From positions 1-44,223 of the forward strand of contig CBFDDY010000002.1 of NCBI GenBank assembly GCA_965603705.1: a stretch of 44,223 nt of DNA, written 5' to 3'. Below are positions 23,063 to 31,790 of the stretch, in pieces. The translations under genes and the position numbers were made by a program. The number at the start of each line of letters is the position of its first letter. Positions within the stretch are counted from its first letter, which is position 1. The notes below the pieces were generated by a model. The model saw nothing but the letters and a program-made list of their open reading frames with translations, was not told the origin of the DNA and did not search any database. This DNA comes from an uncultured bacterium (lineage in GTDB: Bacteria > Acidobacteriota > Aminicenantia > Aminicenantales > Aminicenantaceae).

Positions 23063-24502
23063 CTAATATTTTTTCCCTTTCTTTGATTTCGCACTATCTT
23101 TTTTCTTTGCATCATCGATATAACCCAGGCTGCGAAGCTGCTCCAAGCGCTCCTTTTCACCAGGAGGAGACAAGGCCTTCTCAAAGCGGCTGGCCAAATA
23201 TTCGGCCGTATCATGAGTGGCAATAGCAGCCGGTTGGGACTCGATAAAAAAATCGTCACCAAACATATTCCTCATCGCAGTACCATCCATATCTTTCCCA
23301 ATAGGGATATGCATCATAGTAAGTATTGTCGGAGTAATATCAAGCACACTCCCAGCTCTTTCAAGATCTTCCCTGTTCAAGCTTTGGATAGGTTGATTTT
23401 TATGCGATTTTAGGATATGAGGGCCGGCAGCTATTAAGATTCCAGGAGGAGCATCACTGTGACTCCCTGAGCTGAACTTGGAGGGGTTGTCAGGATCAAA
23501 GCGTCCGTTTAGATTAAATGGATAAAATCCATGATCAGAAATGATAATGATCGTCACATCTGAGTCATAATGCTTAACTAATTGACCCAATGTCATGTCT
23601 ATATAGGCATAATAATCTTCAATCACTGTGCCCAAGTTAGCGATTTGCTCCTGGGTAGGTTTATGGCGGTAGATGTCGGGCTGCATATAGCGCCAAAATC
23701 GGTGACTCACCACGTCTGTGCCTCCAAAGTAGATCATCATCAAATCTGGTGGGGGGCCTTCCTGGGCTAGTCTGAGCGAGATTCGGTGATAGATTGTGTC
23801 GGCGCGAAAGGACCACAGGCAATTGTTCCACAGACGTCTATCGAGCAGGGAGAGGGGGTACTCGAATTCACCAAAAATCTGATTCGTAAGATTAGGCAAT
23901 TCGCTTTCGACCTCTTTTGCAATAGTGAGCACTTCCTTCTGACGACCAGGAGGATACACTTGGCCTTTAACACCATTAAGCAGCGTGCCTTTCCAGACGT
24001 GCTTTCCAGTTCGTGTATTCAGTTGTTCTGTTGTGTTTGTTTGGGCGACCATGATCCCGTTGATCTCTTCAGCAGGATAAGTCATCCACCAGCCGATCGT
24101 GTAGACCTTCTTGCCATAGTCGGATAGAATGTTCCAAATCGCTTTAACTTTGCGGTTGGAATTGTTGAACAGAGTGATCTTTCCACCTGGCAAACGGCGA
24201 GAAAAACCCCGAATACCATGCTTTTTTTGAACCTTGCCTGTAGCTACACTGGTCCAAATGACTGGGGACAGAGTAGGGTGAAGCGTATCAAGCTCACCAT
24301 AATATCCTCTTTCCATGAGTCTGGTTATATTAGGCAATCGCCCCCTCTTGATCATTGGAAGGAGCAGATCCCATTCTAAGCCATCCACTCCCAACAAGAT
24401 GATAGGAGGCTCGGGAGAGCGCATGATCACATATAATCCTCCTATCACAATCACCGTGAATAATAACAGCAATACAGGGATAGTTAACTTCTTCTTGGTC
24501 AT
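23063..24502 (-). CDS. Membrane-anchored alkaline phosphatase superfamily enzyme, nucleotide pyrophosphatase/phosphodiesterase (NPP)-like
   Basis: N-terminal TM (IPVLLLLFTVIVIGGLYVI). ILLGVDGLEWDLL is the metal Asp block. HPTLSPVIWTSVATG is the NPP-type Thr nucleophile block. IIIISDHGF is also present. The C-terminus carries LRSLGYID followed by a Lys-rich tail. Confidence 0.8.
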   Translation of the reverse strand: MTKKKLTIPVLLLLFTVIVIGGLYVIMRSPEPPIILLGVDGLEWDLLLPMIKRGRLPNITRLMERGYYGELDTLHPTLSPVIWTSVATGKVQKKHGIRGFSRRLPGGKITLFNNSNRKVKAIWNILSDYGKKVYTIGWWMTYPAEEINGIMVAQTNTTEQLNTRTGKHVWKGTLLNGVKGQVYPPGRQKEVLTIAKEVESELPNLTNQIFGEFEYPLSLLDRRLWNNCLWSFRADTIYHRISLRLAQEGPPPDLMMIYFGGTDVVSHRFWRYMQPDIYRHKPTQEQIANLGTVIEDYYAYIDMTLGQLVKHYDSDVTIIIISDHGFYPFNLNGRFDPDNPSKFSSGSHSDAPPGILIAAGPHILKSHKNQPIQSLNREDLERAGSVLDITPTILTMMHIPIGKDMDGTAMRNMFGDDFFIESQPAAIATHDTAEYLASRFEKALSPPGEKERLEQLRSLGYIDDAKKKDSAKSKKGKKY

Positions 24503-24574
24503 TATTGAAATCTGTTGAATTGGGATTCTCTTATTATGCTAATATTAATACCCCCTGTTTAGACTTTCAACTTA

Positions 24575-24603
24575 TATATATATAAAAGCCAGCATAATGT
24601 CAA
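24575..24603 (-). promoter_or_regulatory. Sigma70-like promoter TTGACA-N17-TATATA
   Basis: On the minus strand, TTGACA is the complement of 24598-24603. A 17-nt spacer follows, then TATATA (complement of 24575-24580). This lies about 70 nt upstream of the ATG at 24502. Confidence 0.5.
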
Positions 24604-24672
24604 TCCATCCTCTCTCACGTTATCATGTGACTGGGACAGCAAAGGGCCCTTCGCATCTGAATGCCATTCAAT

Positions 24673-26142
24673 TCAATCGCATTTTTTTCGTTTTAAAGAA
24701 AAAAACACAGGAAATAGTTTCATACTAACCTTGAATCGATGACGGACTTCATAAACCGTTTTTACCAGCGGGAAAAATAAGTCATAAACGGATTTTCCTT
24801 TTGATACTTTAAGGCGGCATAACAATTTAATAATAAACACAAAGCGTGGATAGAGAATAGACCAGGGAAAAATCTTGTGATAATAGGCTACATCTTCTTT
24901 GGATATGGAAGGCTGGTCAAGCACGGTTACATCGCTGAAAAAAGCAGTCACCTTCCGCTCGCTGATCCATCCTTGCTCTTCGCACAATTCACCCAGCTTT
25001 GTCCCAGGAAAGGGATAAAAAGTGCTGACATAAACAACATCTGGCTCTAGTGTCCGGTTCAGCTTGATGTTCTTCTTAATAGTCTCGGTAGTTTCATAGG
25101 GGACGCCTACCATATTGAAAGTCCATAATTTTATTCCAGCCGATTTAATTATATGGGCAGCCTCAATAATTTGTTCATCAGAAAGTCCTTTATCCAAAAC
25201 ATTGTTCCTTATATCTTCATCCCCACTTTCTACCCCCATCATCACCATATTGCACCCTGCATCCTTAATAGCCAGCATAAAGTCTTTATCTACTAGATCT
25301 GCCCGAACCGTAATATTAAAGGGAAAACTGAATCGCGACCGATATTTCTCAAAAAAATCCAAAGTCCACTTTTTATTCACACAAATCAACTCATCATCAA
25401 AGACAAGAGACGTGATGTTATTGTACTTTTTAACAAGGGAGGCTATCTCATCCAGGATGCTCTCATGGCTCCTTACTCGGTAATAACGCCCTTTGTGCCG
25501 GTAAATGTCCTGATAAGACGCATTGACACAAAAAGCACACCGAAAAGGGCATCCCCGGCTGCTCCTAACTTCTAAGTACCCATGATAATTCAATAATTTT
25601 TGAAAATCTACAATCTCTCGATCACAAAAGGGCAGAGAATCCAAATCTTCAATCAGCGGCCGTATGGGGTTTTTAATAACCTTCCCCCCGGATTTAAACC
25701 AGAAGTTATCGATTTTCAGGTTATCCGGATGGAAGCGACCTTTATCTTTCATGGCTTCGATTAATTCTAATAAAGCATATTCTCCTTCCCCAAGACAGAT
25801 GCCGAATACACCTCTGATCTTAATACATTCTTCCGGCCTAACCGTAGGATGTACTCCGCCCAGAATAACCGGGAGGCCAAACTCATCATAGATAAAATCC
25901 GCAATTTCCTCGCTGAGATCAACCTGTTGAGAAGTCACAGATATCCCTACTATATCCGGCTGGAAATCCATGATCTTTTTTCTGATTTTCTGGCGCTCTA
26001 AACGATAGGGCGTTAACAAATCCGTGGCATGACCATGTTGTTTCAGTACAGCAGAGATAATTCCAATACCATAATGATAGGTAAACTTCTGCAGGATCAG
26101 AAGCGATGGATGAGGCACAAGATGAAAAAAAAGAACTCTCAT
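24673..26142 (-). CDS. Class B (B12-binding domain) radical SAM enzyme
   Basis: DIVGISVTS and VILGGVHPT mark the B12-binding-type Rossmann domain. SSRGCPFRCAFCVN supplies CX3CX2C. It overlaps the upstream gene by 4 nt. Confidence 0.85.
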   Translation of the reverse strand: MRVLFFHLVPHPSLLILQKFTYHYGIGIISAVLKQHGHATDLLTPYRLERQKIRKKIMDFQPDIVGISVTSQQVDLSEEIADFIYDEFGLPVILGGVHPTVRPEECIKIRGVFGICLGEGEYALLELIEAMKDKGRFHPDNLKIDNFWFKSGGKVIKNPIRPLIEDLDSLPFCDREIVDFQKLLNYHGYLEVRSSRGCPFRCAFCVNASYQDIYRHKGRYYRVRSHESILDEIASLVKKYNNITSLVFDDELICVNKKWTLDFFEKYRSRFSFPFNITVRADLVDKDFMLAIKDAGCNMVMMGVESGDEDIRNNVLDKGLSDEQIIEAAHIIKSAGIKLWTFNMVGVPYETTETIKKNIKLNRTLEPDVVYVSTFYPFPGTKLGELCEEQGWISERKVTAFFSDVTVLDQPSISKEDVAYYHKIFPWSILYPRFVFIIKLLCRLKVSKGKSVYDLFFPLVKTVYEVRHRFKVSMKLFPVFFSLKRKKCD

Positions 26143-27548
26143 CTAGATTTCCCTCTTTTTATACTGCTTTTTAAAACCGCCCAGCCGTTTAAAATCAGGA
26201 CTTTCCACTGATAAAAAGATTTGGAAGATACCGCTATCTTAAATAGATAAGAAGGCCGGAAATAGAATTCTCTGACAGCCCGGTTTCTCCATTCCCAAGC
26301 CTGCTGACGGGAAAATTCAGGAGTTTCCAGCGTCGGGTAGGTCTCAGAGGCATCAAATTCCATGACTTCTTCCTTGAGCCAGCCATGTTTTAAAGCGGCT
26401 TCTCTCAATGATGTTCCCAGGGCTGGCACAGCTATATTAAAAGAGGCAATATCACAATCAATCTCTTTGGCAAACTCTATGGACTTTCGGACCGTCTCCT
26501 CCGTTTCTCCGGGGAGTCCAATGATAAAATGGCCCAGAGTCCTAATTTTAAACTTCCGGCAGAGAGCAAAACCCCTCCTTATCTGGTTCTTATTCACCCC
26601 TTTGGAATACCTCTTCAACAGCTCGTCATCACCGCTTTCCACCCCAAGCAACATAGTATGACATCCTGCCCTCTTCATCCATCCCAGCAGCTCCTCGTCC
26701 AGGGAATTGGCCCGGGAGGAACACGCCCAACTGATATCAAGATTTTCCTTGACTATTTGCCGGCAGAGCTTCAACGTATTCTGACGTTTGGCTTCAAAAG
26801 TAAAATCCGTAAAAAAGACCTCCTTTATACCTAACGAAGCAACATACCGGAGTTCCTCCATTACGTTTTCCACCGCCCGATATTTAAAGTTAAGAACCGA
26901 AGCAGGACAAAAGCTACAGGTGAAGGGGCAACCAAAATTAGTCATAACTGTGGTAAAGGGAAATCGTCTGCCATGCGCCAGCAGATACTTTTTTAAGGGA
27001 AACTTCTCATGCTGGGGCACCGGGAAAGAAAATTCTCCAGGCTTTATCTCTCTTTTCCGGAATTCGATTCCCCCGCCATTCCGAAAAGCCATGGAGCTGA
27101 TACCCTCAAATTCTCCCCGAAGATACGAAAGAATATCTTCGCTGGTATAATCAAACAAAACAGCGTCAAGGCAAGCATACTCATTTAAAAATTTCTTGGC
27201 ATCATAAAGAAGAACATCTCCATTACCTATAATCAAGGGAAGGCGCTTATGCTTGTTGAGCCTGGCAATAAAGGCAAAGTCCTGCTTCCAAGAAGCAATC
27301 CCTGTCAGAAAAATAACCGCTTTATAATCACATTGCTGGATTTTTTCCCAACTTTCTTCAGGCGTCAATCTATCTGCGATGGCATCCAGAATATCCAGAA
27401 CATATTCCTGACCTAATATTCCACTGAGCACCAGCATATCAATGGAAGGCCAATAATAATGGGCTTTGGAAACTCCACTGCAATACATATCCCGCTGGAA
27501 AAGTTTATCACCGGGAGGATTGAGAAGCAGTATCTTATCCATTGCCAT
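26139..27548 (-). CDS. Radical SAM enzyme with divergent N-terminal B12-binding-like domain
   Basis: TNFGCPFTCSFCPAS supplies CX3CX2C. The N-terminal Rossmann-like domain has IIGNGDVLL where the three paralogs have GG-H. It overlaps the upstream GT2 gene by 14 nt. Confidence 0.8.
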   Translation of the reverse strand: MAMDKILLLNPPGDKLFQRDMYCSGVSKAHYYWPSIDMLVLSGILGQEYVLDILDAIADRLTPEESWEKIQQCDYKAVIFLTGIASWKQDFAFIARLNKHKRLPLIIGNGDVLLYDAKKFLNEYACLDAVLFDYTSEDILSYLRGEFEGISSMAFRNGGGIEFRKREIKPGEFSFPVPQHEKFPLKKYLLAHGRRFPFTTVMTNFGCPFTCSFCPASVLNFKYRAVENVMEELRYVASLGIKEVFFTDFTFEAKRQNTLKLCRQIVKENLDISWACSSRANSLDEELLGWMKRAGCHTMLLGVESGDDELLKRYSKGVNKNQIRRGFALCRKFKIRTLGHFIIGLPGETEETVRKSIEFAKEIDCDIASFNIAVPALGTSLREAALKHGWLKEEVMEFDASETYPTLETPEFSRQQAWEWRNRAVREFYFRPSYLFKIAVSSKSFYQWKVLILNGWAVLKSSIKRGKSR

Positions 27549-28248
27549 TATCCTTCATTTTGTAAAAAAATCTATATCTGATCAAGGCTTTAACGCAAAA
27601 ATAAAAATCACTCCAGCGTACTTTTTTGCCGGTGTCTTTCCTTCTGGGAATATATTCAACCGGCATTTCTAAGATCTTATACCCCTTTTTTAGGAGCTTG
27701 GCTGTGATCTCAACAGTTGAGCCCCATCTATCGCTTTGGATGTCAAGGTCGCGTAGTATTTTTGTTTTTGTCACTTGAAACATAGTTAAAACATCTGTCA
27801 GGTTAGTTTTGAAAAGCCGATCGGTCAGCTCGATCAGGATCACATTGGCAAGATAGGCCCCGATCCCCATACCCTGGATAAAACCTTTTCCCAAAAAGCG
27901 TGAACCAAATACGACCTCTGTTTCCTCATCTATCAAGGGTTCCAACAGCTTGGAGTAGTTGCTGGGATCAAGCTCTAAGTCAGCATCCTGAAATATAGTA
28001 ATAACTCCCTGAGCATGGTTTAAAGCGGTTTTGATTCCTGCACCCCTACCGAGATTAGAATCATGAGTTATTATTCTAATGTCAGGATCATTCTCTAACG
28101 TCTTTAAGAGTTTGGGGGTATCATCATCAGACCCATCATCCACAATAAGGATCTCCTTATCAATATCAACGGCTCTGACCTTTTTTACGACCTTCAAGAT
28201 CGTGTCTTGTTCATTAAAAACTGGGATGATAACCGTAAGTTCTTTCAT
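27535..28248 (-). CDS. Family 2 glycosyltransferase, Dpm1/ArnC/GtrB-like
   Basis: VIIPVFNE, LIVDDGSDDDT and FQDADLE (DxD). The start is set at the ATG at 28248 (MKELTVIIP), 1 nt after the upstream stop. The ORF track extends to 28335, inside the upstream gene. Confidence 0.85.
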   Translation of the reverse strand: MKELTVIIPVFNEQDTILKVVKKVRAVDIDKEILIVDDGSDDDTPKLLKTLENDPDIRIITHDSNLGRGAGIKTALNHAQGVITIFQDADLELDPSNYSKLLEPLIDEETEVVFGSRFLGKGFIQGMGIGAYLANVILIELTDRLFKTNLTDVLTMFQVTKTKILRDLDIQSDRWGSTVEITAKLLKKGYKILEMPVEYIPRRKDTGKKVRWSDFYFCVKALIRYRFFYKMKDNGNG

Positions 28249-28249
28249 T

Positions 28250-29668
28250 TTATGTAAAAAATAATCGTACAGCTGTTTTGGCTTTCCGGGCAAACTCAAT
28301 AAACGATTTAACCTGTCGTAATTGACTCCAGACATATTTGGGGCGGTAATAATAACTTAAATGCGCCTTCCGCTGCCACTTTTCCAATTCGCGCGGAGAA
28401 AAATTCTCGGTCCACCATTGGGGAGAAAAATCTCCATGCGGATAAGCAGAGAATTCTCTCCAAAAATCCCCCTTTAAAATGCCTTTTTCCCGGCCGCTCT
28501 CATAGAGTTCGGTGGCTGGGAAAGGGGTTGTGATCAAGAACTGGGGAAAATCCGGGTTAAGTTCCTTTGCCAAGGCTATGCTGGATTTAATCTCCTTTTC
28601 TGTTTCTCCTGGGGAACCCAGCATAAAATAGGCAAATGTGACTATTCCAGCTTTTTTCGCCATCTTAAAGGCGTTCCTAATCTGCTCGAGAGTAATGTCT
28701 TTTTTTAGGTTTTTTAGCACTCCGGCATCTCCGCTCTCAACTCCGAACCGAATCCGGTTACATCCGGCTTGAGCAACTCTATCCAGAAGCTCTTGATCGA
28801 CCGTATCCACACGCGATCTTAGATCCATTGTGATTTTTAGCTTTTTATCTATAATCAAATCCGCAATCGCTAACACTCTTTTTCTGTTGAGGGTGAAGGT
28901 ATCGTCAATAATGTCAAAATCTGTAATGCCTTTGCTAATACATTCTTCAATCTCTCTGACAACATTTTCCGGCGACCGCATCCGGCAGATTTGACCATCT
29001 TTCTTGGTGCAAAATGTACAATTGAAAGGGCACCCTCTGGATGTTAACAGACTGGTCATAAATTCTTTTCCCTTGCCCAAAAGATTATAGTACTTCCTTC
29101 CCGGCACAAGATCTCTATCAGGAAAAGGAAGGTTATCGAGATCCCGGATGAATTCTCTCCTTGAATTAATAACAACAGTTCCGTTTTGTTTAAAACCAAC
29201 ACCTTTAATCCCCGAGAGTCCTCTGCCATTCGCAATCGCATCTAGTAATTCGCTGAAGGCATATTCGCCTTCGCCAACAACAATTGAATCGACCTCCGGC
29301 TGGCTGACCATCTCTTTAGGATAAATAGTAGGGTGCGTCCCCCCGAATACTACATGGCTTTGCGGATTTACCTTTTTGACAATACGTGCTACTTTTAAGG
29401 CATCGAGCAAGAGAAAAGTCATACAGGAGATACCCACGATATCAGGGCGTTTCTTTGCTATTGTCTTTTCGATCTGGGAATAACCCATCCTCTCTACTTG
29501 AGTATCGATCACTTCTATATGAAACCGATCTCCGTGTATCTTTTTGGCAGAAGCGGCAATGTATAGCAATCCCATGGGGGGATAAAATCCCATCTCTTCC
29601 GTTAAAGAATCAGGGGCAAAGGTTCTAACAAGATTTTCAGTAGGAGGATTAATCAAGAGAATGTTCAT
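28250..29668 (-). CDS. Class B (B12-binding domain) radical SAM enzyme
   Basis: MNILLINPP, DIVGISCMT and VVFGGTHPT mark the B12-binding domain. TSRGCPFNCTFCTKK supplies CX3CX2C. Confidence 0.85.
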   Translation of the reverse strand: MNILLINPPTENLVRTFAPDSLTEEMGFYPPMGLLYIAASAKKIHGDRFHIEVIDTQVERMGYSQIEKTIAKKRPDIVGISCMTFLLLDALKVARIVKKVNPQSHVVFGGTHPTIYPKEMVSQPEVDSIVVGEGEYAFSELLDAIANGRGLSGIKGVGFKQNGTVVINSRREFIRDLDNLPFPDRDLVPGRKYYNLLGKGKEFMTSLLTSRGCPFNCTFCTKKDGQICRMRSPENVVREIEECISKGITDFDIIDDTFTLNRKRVLAIADLIIDKKLKITMDLRSRVDTVDQELLDRVAQAGCNRIRFGVESGDAGVLKNLKKDITLEQIRNAFKMAKKAGIVTFAYFMLGSPGETEKEIKSSIALAKELNPDFPQFLITTPFPATELYESGREKGILKGDFWREFSAYPHGDFSPQWWTENFSPRELEKWQRKAHLSYYYRPKYVWSQLRQVKSFIEFARKAKTAVRLFFT

Positions 29669-29731
29669 AGTTTCCTTGGTTCAGTAAAAAAACCTAATAT
29701 TTATTTTTTGTTTCTTTTTTTCTCAGGGGAC

Positions 29732-29760
29732 ATAGTAAGAAATAGCCTTATTTTTGTCAA
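29732..29760 (-). promoter_or_regulatory. Sigma70-like promoter TTGACA-N17-TACTAT
   Basis: On the minus strand, TTGACA is the complement of 29755-29760. A 17-nt spacer follows, then TACTAT (complement of 29732-29737). This lies about 60 nt upstream of the ATG at 29668. Confidence 0.5.
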
Positions 29761-29803
29761 GGTGAAGAATCAAAAATGAGAATTGTCCTAATAAATATCT
29801 TCA

Positions 29804-30871
29804 TTAAACAGAGTCATGATTAAACCAAGAAAGATGCCAATCTGTTAACTGGGTAGGGGAAAGATCTTTCTTAGAAGAATGCACAATAAGGGTAAATTTT
29901 TCCGGCGTTTTGATGTAGAAAAATTTTTTCAAAACAGGCAATAGAGGATCATGGGGATTAAGCAGACAGGCACTTATTTCCACTCTTTCCTTAACCGCCT
30001 CCTGATGAACCGCCCGCAAAAGCGCCTTTCCTATATCTTTGCGCTCTGGAGGAAATAAAATATCCACAATGGCCAAGACCTTAAATCCTTTCATAGGCAT
30101 ACAACGCATCACTACATAGCCACACACCAAAGATCCTTCAGATGCAGCCAGGATAGTATATTCTCGCCCTGGCACACGTTTAAAACGCCAATTCATGATA
30201 TCAGGAGTGCGAAGAGTTGAGATAGGAAAATAGACTTGGGCCTTATTCAGGAGAGAGACAAAGCTATGATCAAACCGACTGTACTCTCGCATCTTTACAT
30301 CATGTTTTAAAGCACGCCAAGAAAAACTCAAAAACCATCTCGCAAGAGATAAAAACGGCCGGCATAGACTAAAAAGGAACCTGCCTTTAAGAAAGCGGCG
30401 GGAAAAGACGGCTAAATCATATGGCCGGGCATAAACAGGAAAATTGCCCACTTGCTTAAACCCGAAGGCAAGATGAGCCCTCAATACCTGGGGAATATTG
30501 ATCAAAGCGTACACAAAATCAATATTAGATTCCTTGTACTTACTAAGCAGAGCTATCTCCAGTTTCGGGAATAACATCTCTTTGCGAAAATCCTCATCTA
30601 CCATGAGGTCGCAAATAAATCCCCCCCTATAAATCTTCCCATGGATTAAGAATTTTAGGGGAGCAAGGGCACCATGGCCTACAATTTCCCCACAGGAATC
30701 AGCCCCAACCATGACCATTCCCTCGGAGGCAGGATACTCCCGAAACAGCCACTTCCAGAACAAAGTATATGCTTTAGTATCCCCAAATTCACCCGGCCAG
30801 ATCTGAGCATGGAGCCTTGCTATGCCATCTACATCTTCATCATGGCCTCTATGGATGCTGAATTCAGGCAT
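29804..30871 (-). CDS. Two-lobed GNAT-family acyltransferase
   Basis: 355 aa. The N-lobe (GEIVGHGALAPL...GGFICDLMVDEDFR) and C-lobe (GYVVMRC...LAIVDILFPPERKDIGKALLRAVHQEA) both fit the GNAT beta-alpha pattern. It overlaps the upstream deacetylase gene by 8 nt. Confidence 0.65.
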   Translation of the reverse strand: MPEFSIHRGHDEDVDGIARLHAQIWPGEFGDTKAYTLFWKWLFREYPASEGMVMVGADSCGEIVGHGALAPLKFLIHGKIYRGGFICDLMVDEDFRKEMLFPKLEIALLSKYKESNIDFVYALINIPQVLRAHLAFGFKQVGNFPVYARPYDLAVFSRRFLKGRFLFSLCRPFLSLARWFLSFSWRALKHDVKMREYSRFDHSFVSLLNKAQVYFPISTLRTPDIMNWRFKRVPGREYTILAASEGSLVCGYVVMRCMPMKGFKVLAIVDILFPPERKDIGKALLRAVHQEAVKERVEISACLLNPHDPLLPVLKKFFYIKTPEKFTLIVHSSKKDLSPTQLTDWHLSWFNHDSV

Positions 30872-31790
30872 TGCAGTTACTCTTTTCTATATTTTTTTCA
30901 AGAATCTGGACATAATCCAAGAATCTCATAGGGACATATCTTTTCAGAAGGAACTCAAGCTTGGGAAAAGTAGACTTTCTGTTATAATAAACCAACTTGT
31001 TTAATAAAGGGTTTTTCTCTACCTTGAATTTCTTTTCCCTTGTATCGATGTCATATGGATGGATATAGCCAACTAGAGGGCTCCCTCTTTTAAGATGCTT
31101 CCGGCAGAATTGGTGGAGCGCAATTTTTGGGAAAAACCTCATGTATATCCCACCGGCAAAAGGTATTTTGAAACCAATGATCGATGTGATGGAAATTGGC
31201 AATTCCCACAGTCCGTTATCCATTCTCAAAGGGTATGCAGGGAAACCATTCCATCCATATAAAGGATTTCTTGCCGGCAAAACCGAGCTGGAATATCTAA
31301 ACCCAAGCTCACTCAAGACTTCCCAGGCCCATTGAGTAGATTCAATTAAAGAAAAATCCGGAGCTCGAAAGCCGTAAACAGAGTCAACCCCGAGCCTGTC
31401 TAAAGCGTCCATATTCCTTAAAAGATTTTCCCTAAATGTCTCTGGAGTCATTCTGTCCAATTGCAAGTGGTCATATGTATGACATCCCAGCTCATGCCCC
31501 GCCTTATGGACCTGTTTGATCAAACTTCCTATTTCCCTTGCTGTATCCCCTACTGCAAAAAAGGTTCCTTTAATACAATTGTCATCGAAAAACCGGAGGA
31601 TATGCTCAATCATTTCAGGAACCCGAAAGGGAAAATTCAGGCCGGATTTAGCCTGGTAGCGGATGTCCTCAAGATCAACACTAAGAAGATATTTGGGGCG
31701 GATATCTCCCTCCTTGAAATTATAACGACCAGCAAAGGCAATAGTTTTAGTCATTGCAACTAAGGCTTCGGACTTTTTTAAATCTATCAC
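30864..31790 (-). CDS. Polysaccharide deacetylase (NodB homology domain), resembles the PEP-CTERM/EPS-locus subfamily
   Basis: LLSVDLEDIRY and TFFAVGDTAREIGSLIKQVHKAGHELGCHTYDH (Asp plus His-His metal motifs). The C-terminal extension is like that of the EPS-locus subfamily. An alternative start at ATG 31754 (MTKTIAF) would give an 8-nt overlap with the ligase stop. Confidence 0.8.
   Translation of the reverse strand: MIDLKKSEALVAMTKTIAFAGRYNFKEGDIRPKYLLSVDLEDIRYQAKSGLNFPFRVPEMIEHILRFFDDNCIKGTFFAVGDTAREIGSLIKQVHKAGHELGCHTYDHLQLDRMTPETFRENLLRNMDALDRLGVDSVYGFRAPDFSLIESTQWAWEVLSELGFRYSSSVLPARNPLYGWNGFPAYPLRMDNGLWELPISITSIIGFKIPFAGGIYMRFFPKIALHQFCRKHLKRGSPLVGYIHPYDIDTREKKFKVEKNPLLNKLVYYNRKSTFPKLEFLLKRYVPMRFLDYVQILEKNIEKSNCNA

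Noticed and set aside
24604-24672. The palindrome AAGGGCCCTT and short inverted repeats downstream of the last radical SAM gene, read as a terminator.
   Set aside because: The palindrome has no loop, the other stems are 5 bp or shorter, and no U-tract follows on the minus strand. The evidence is not sufficient.
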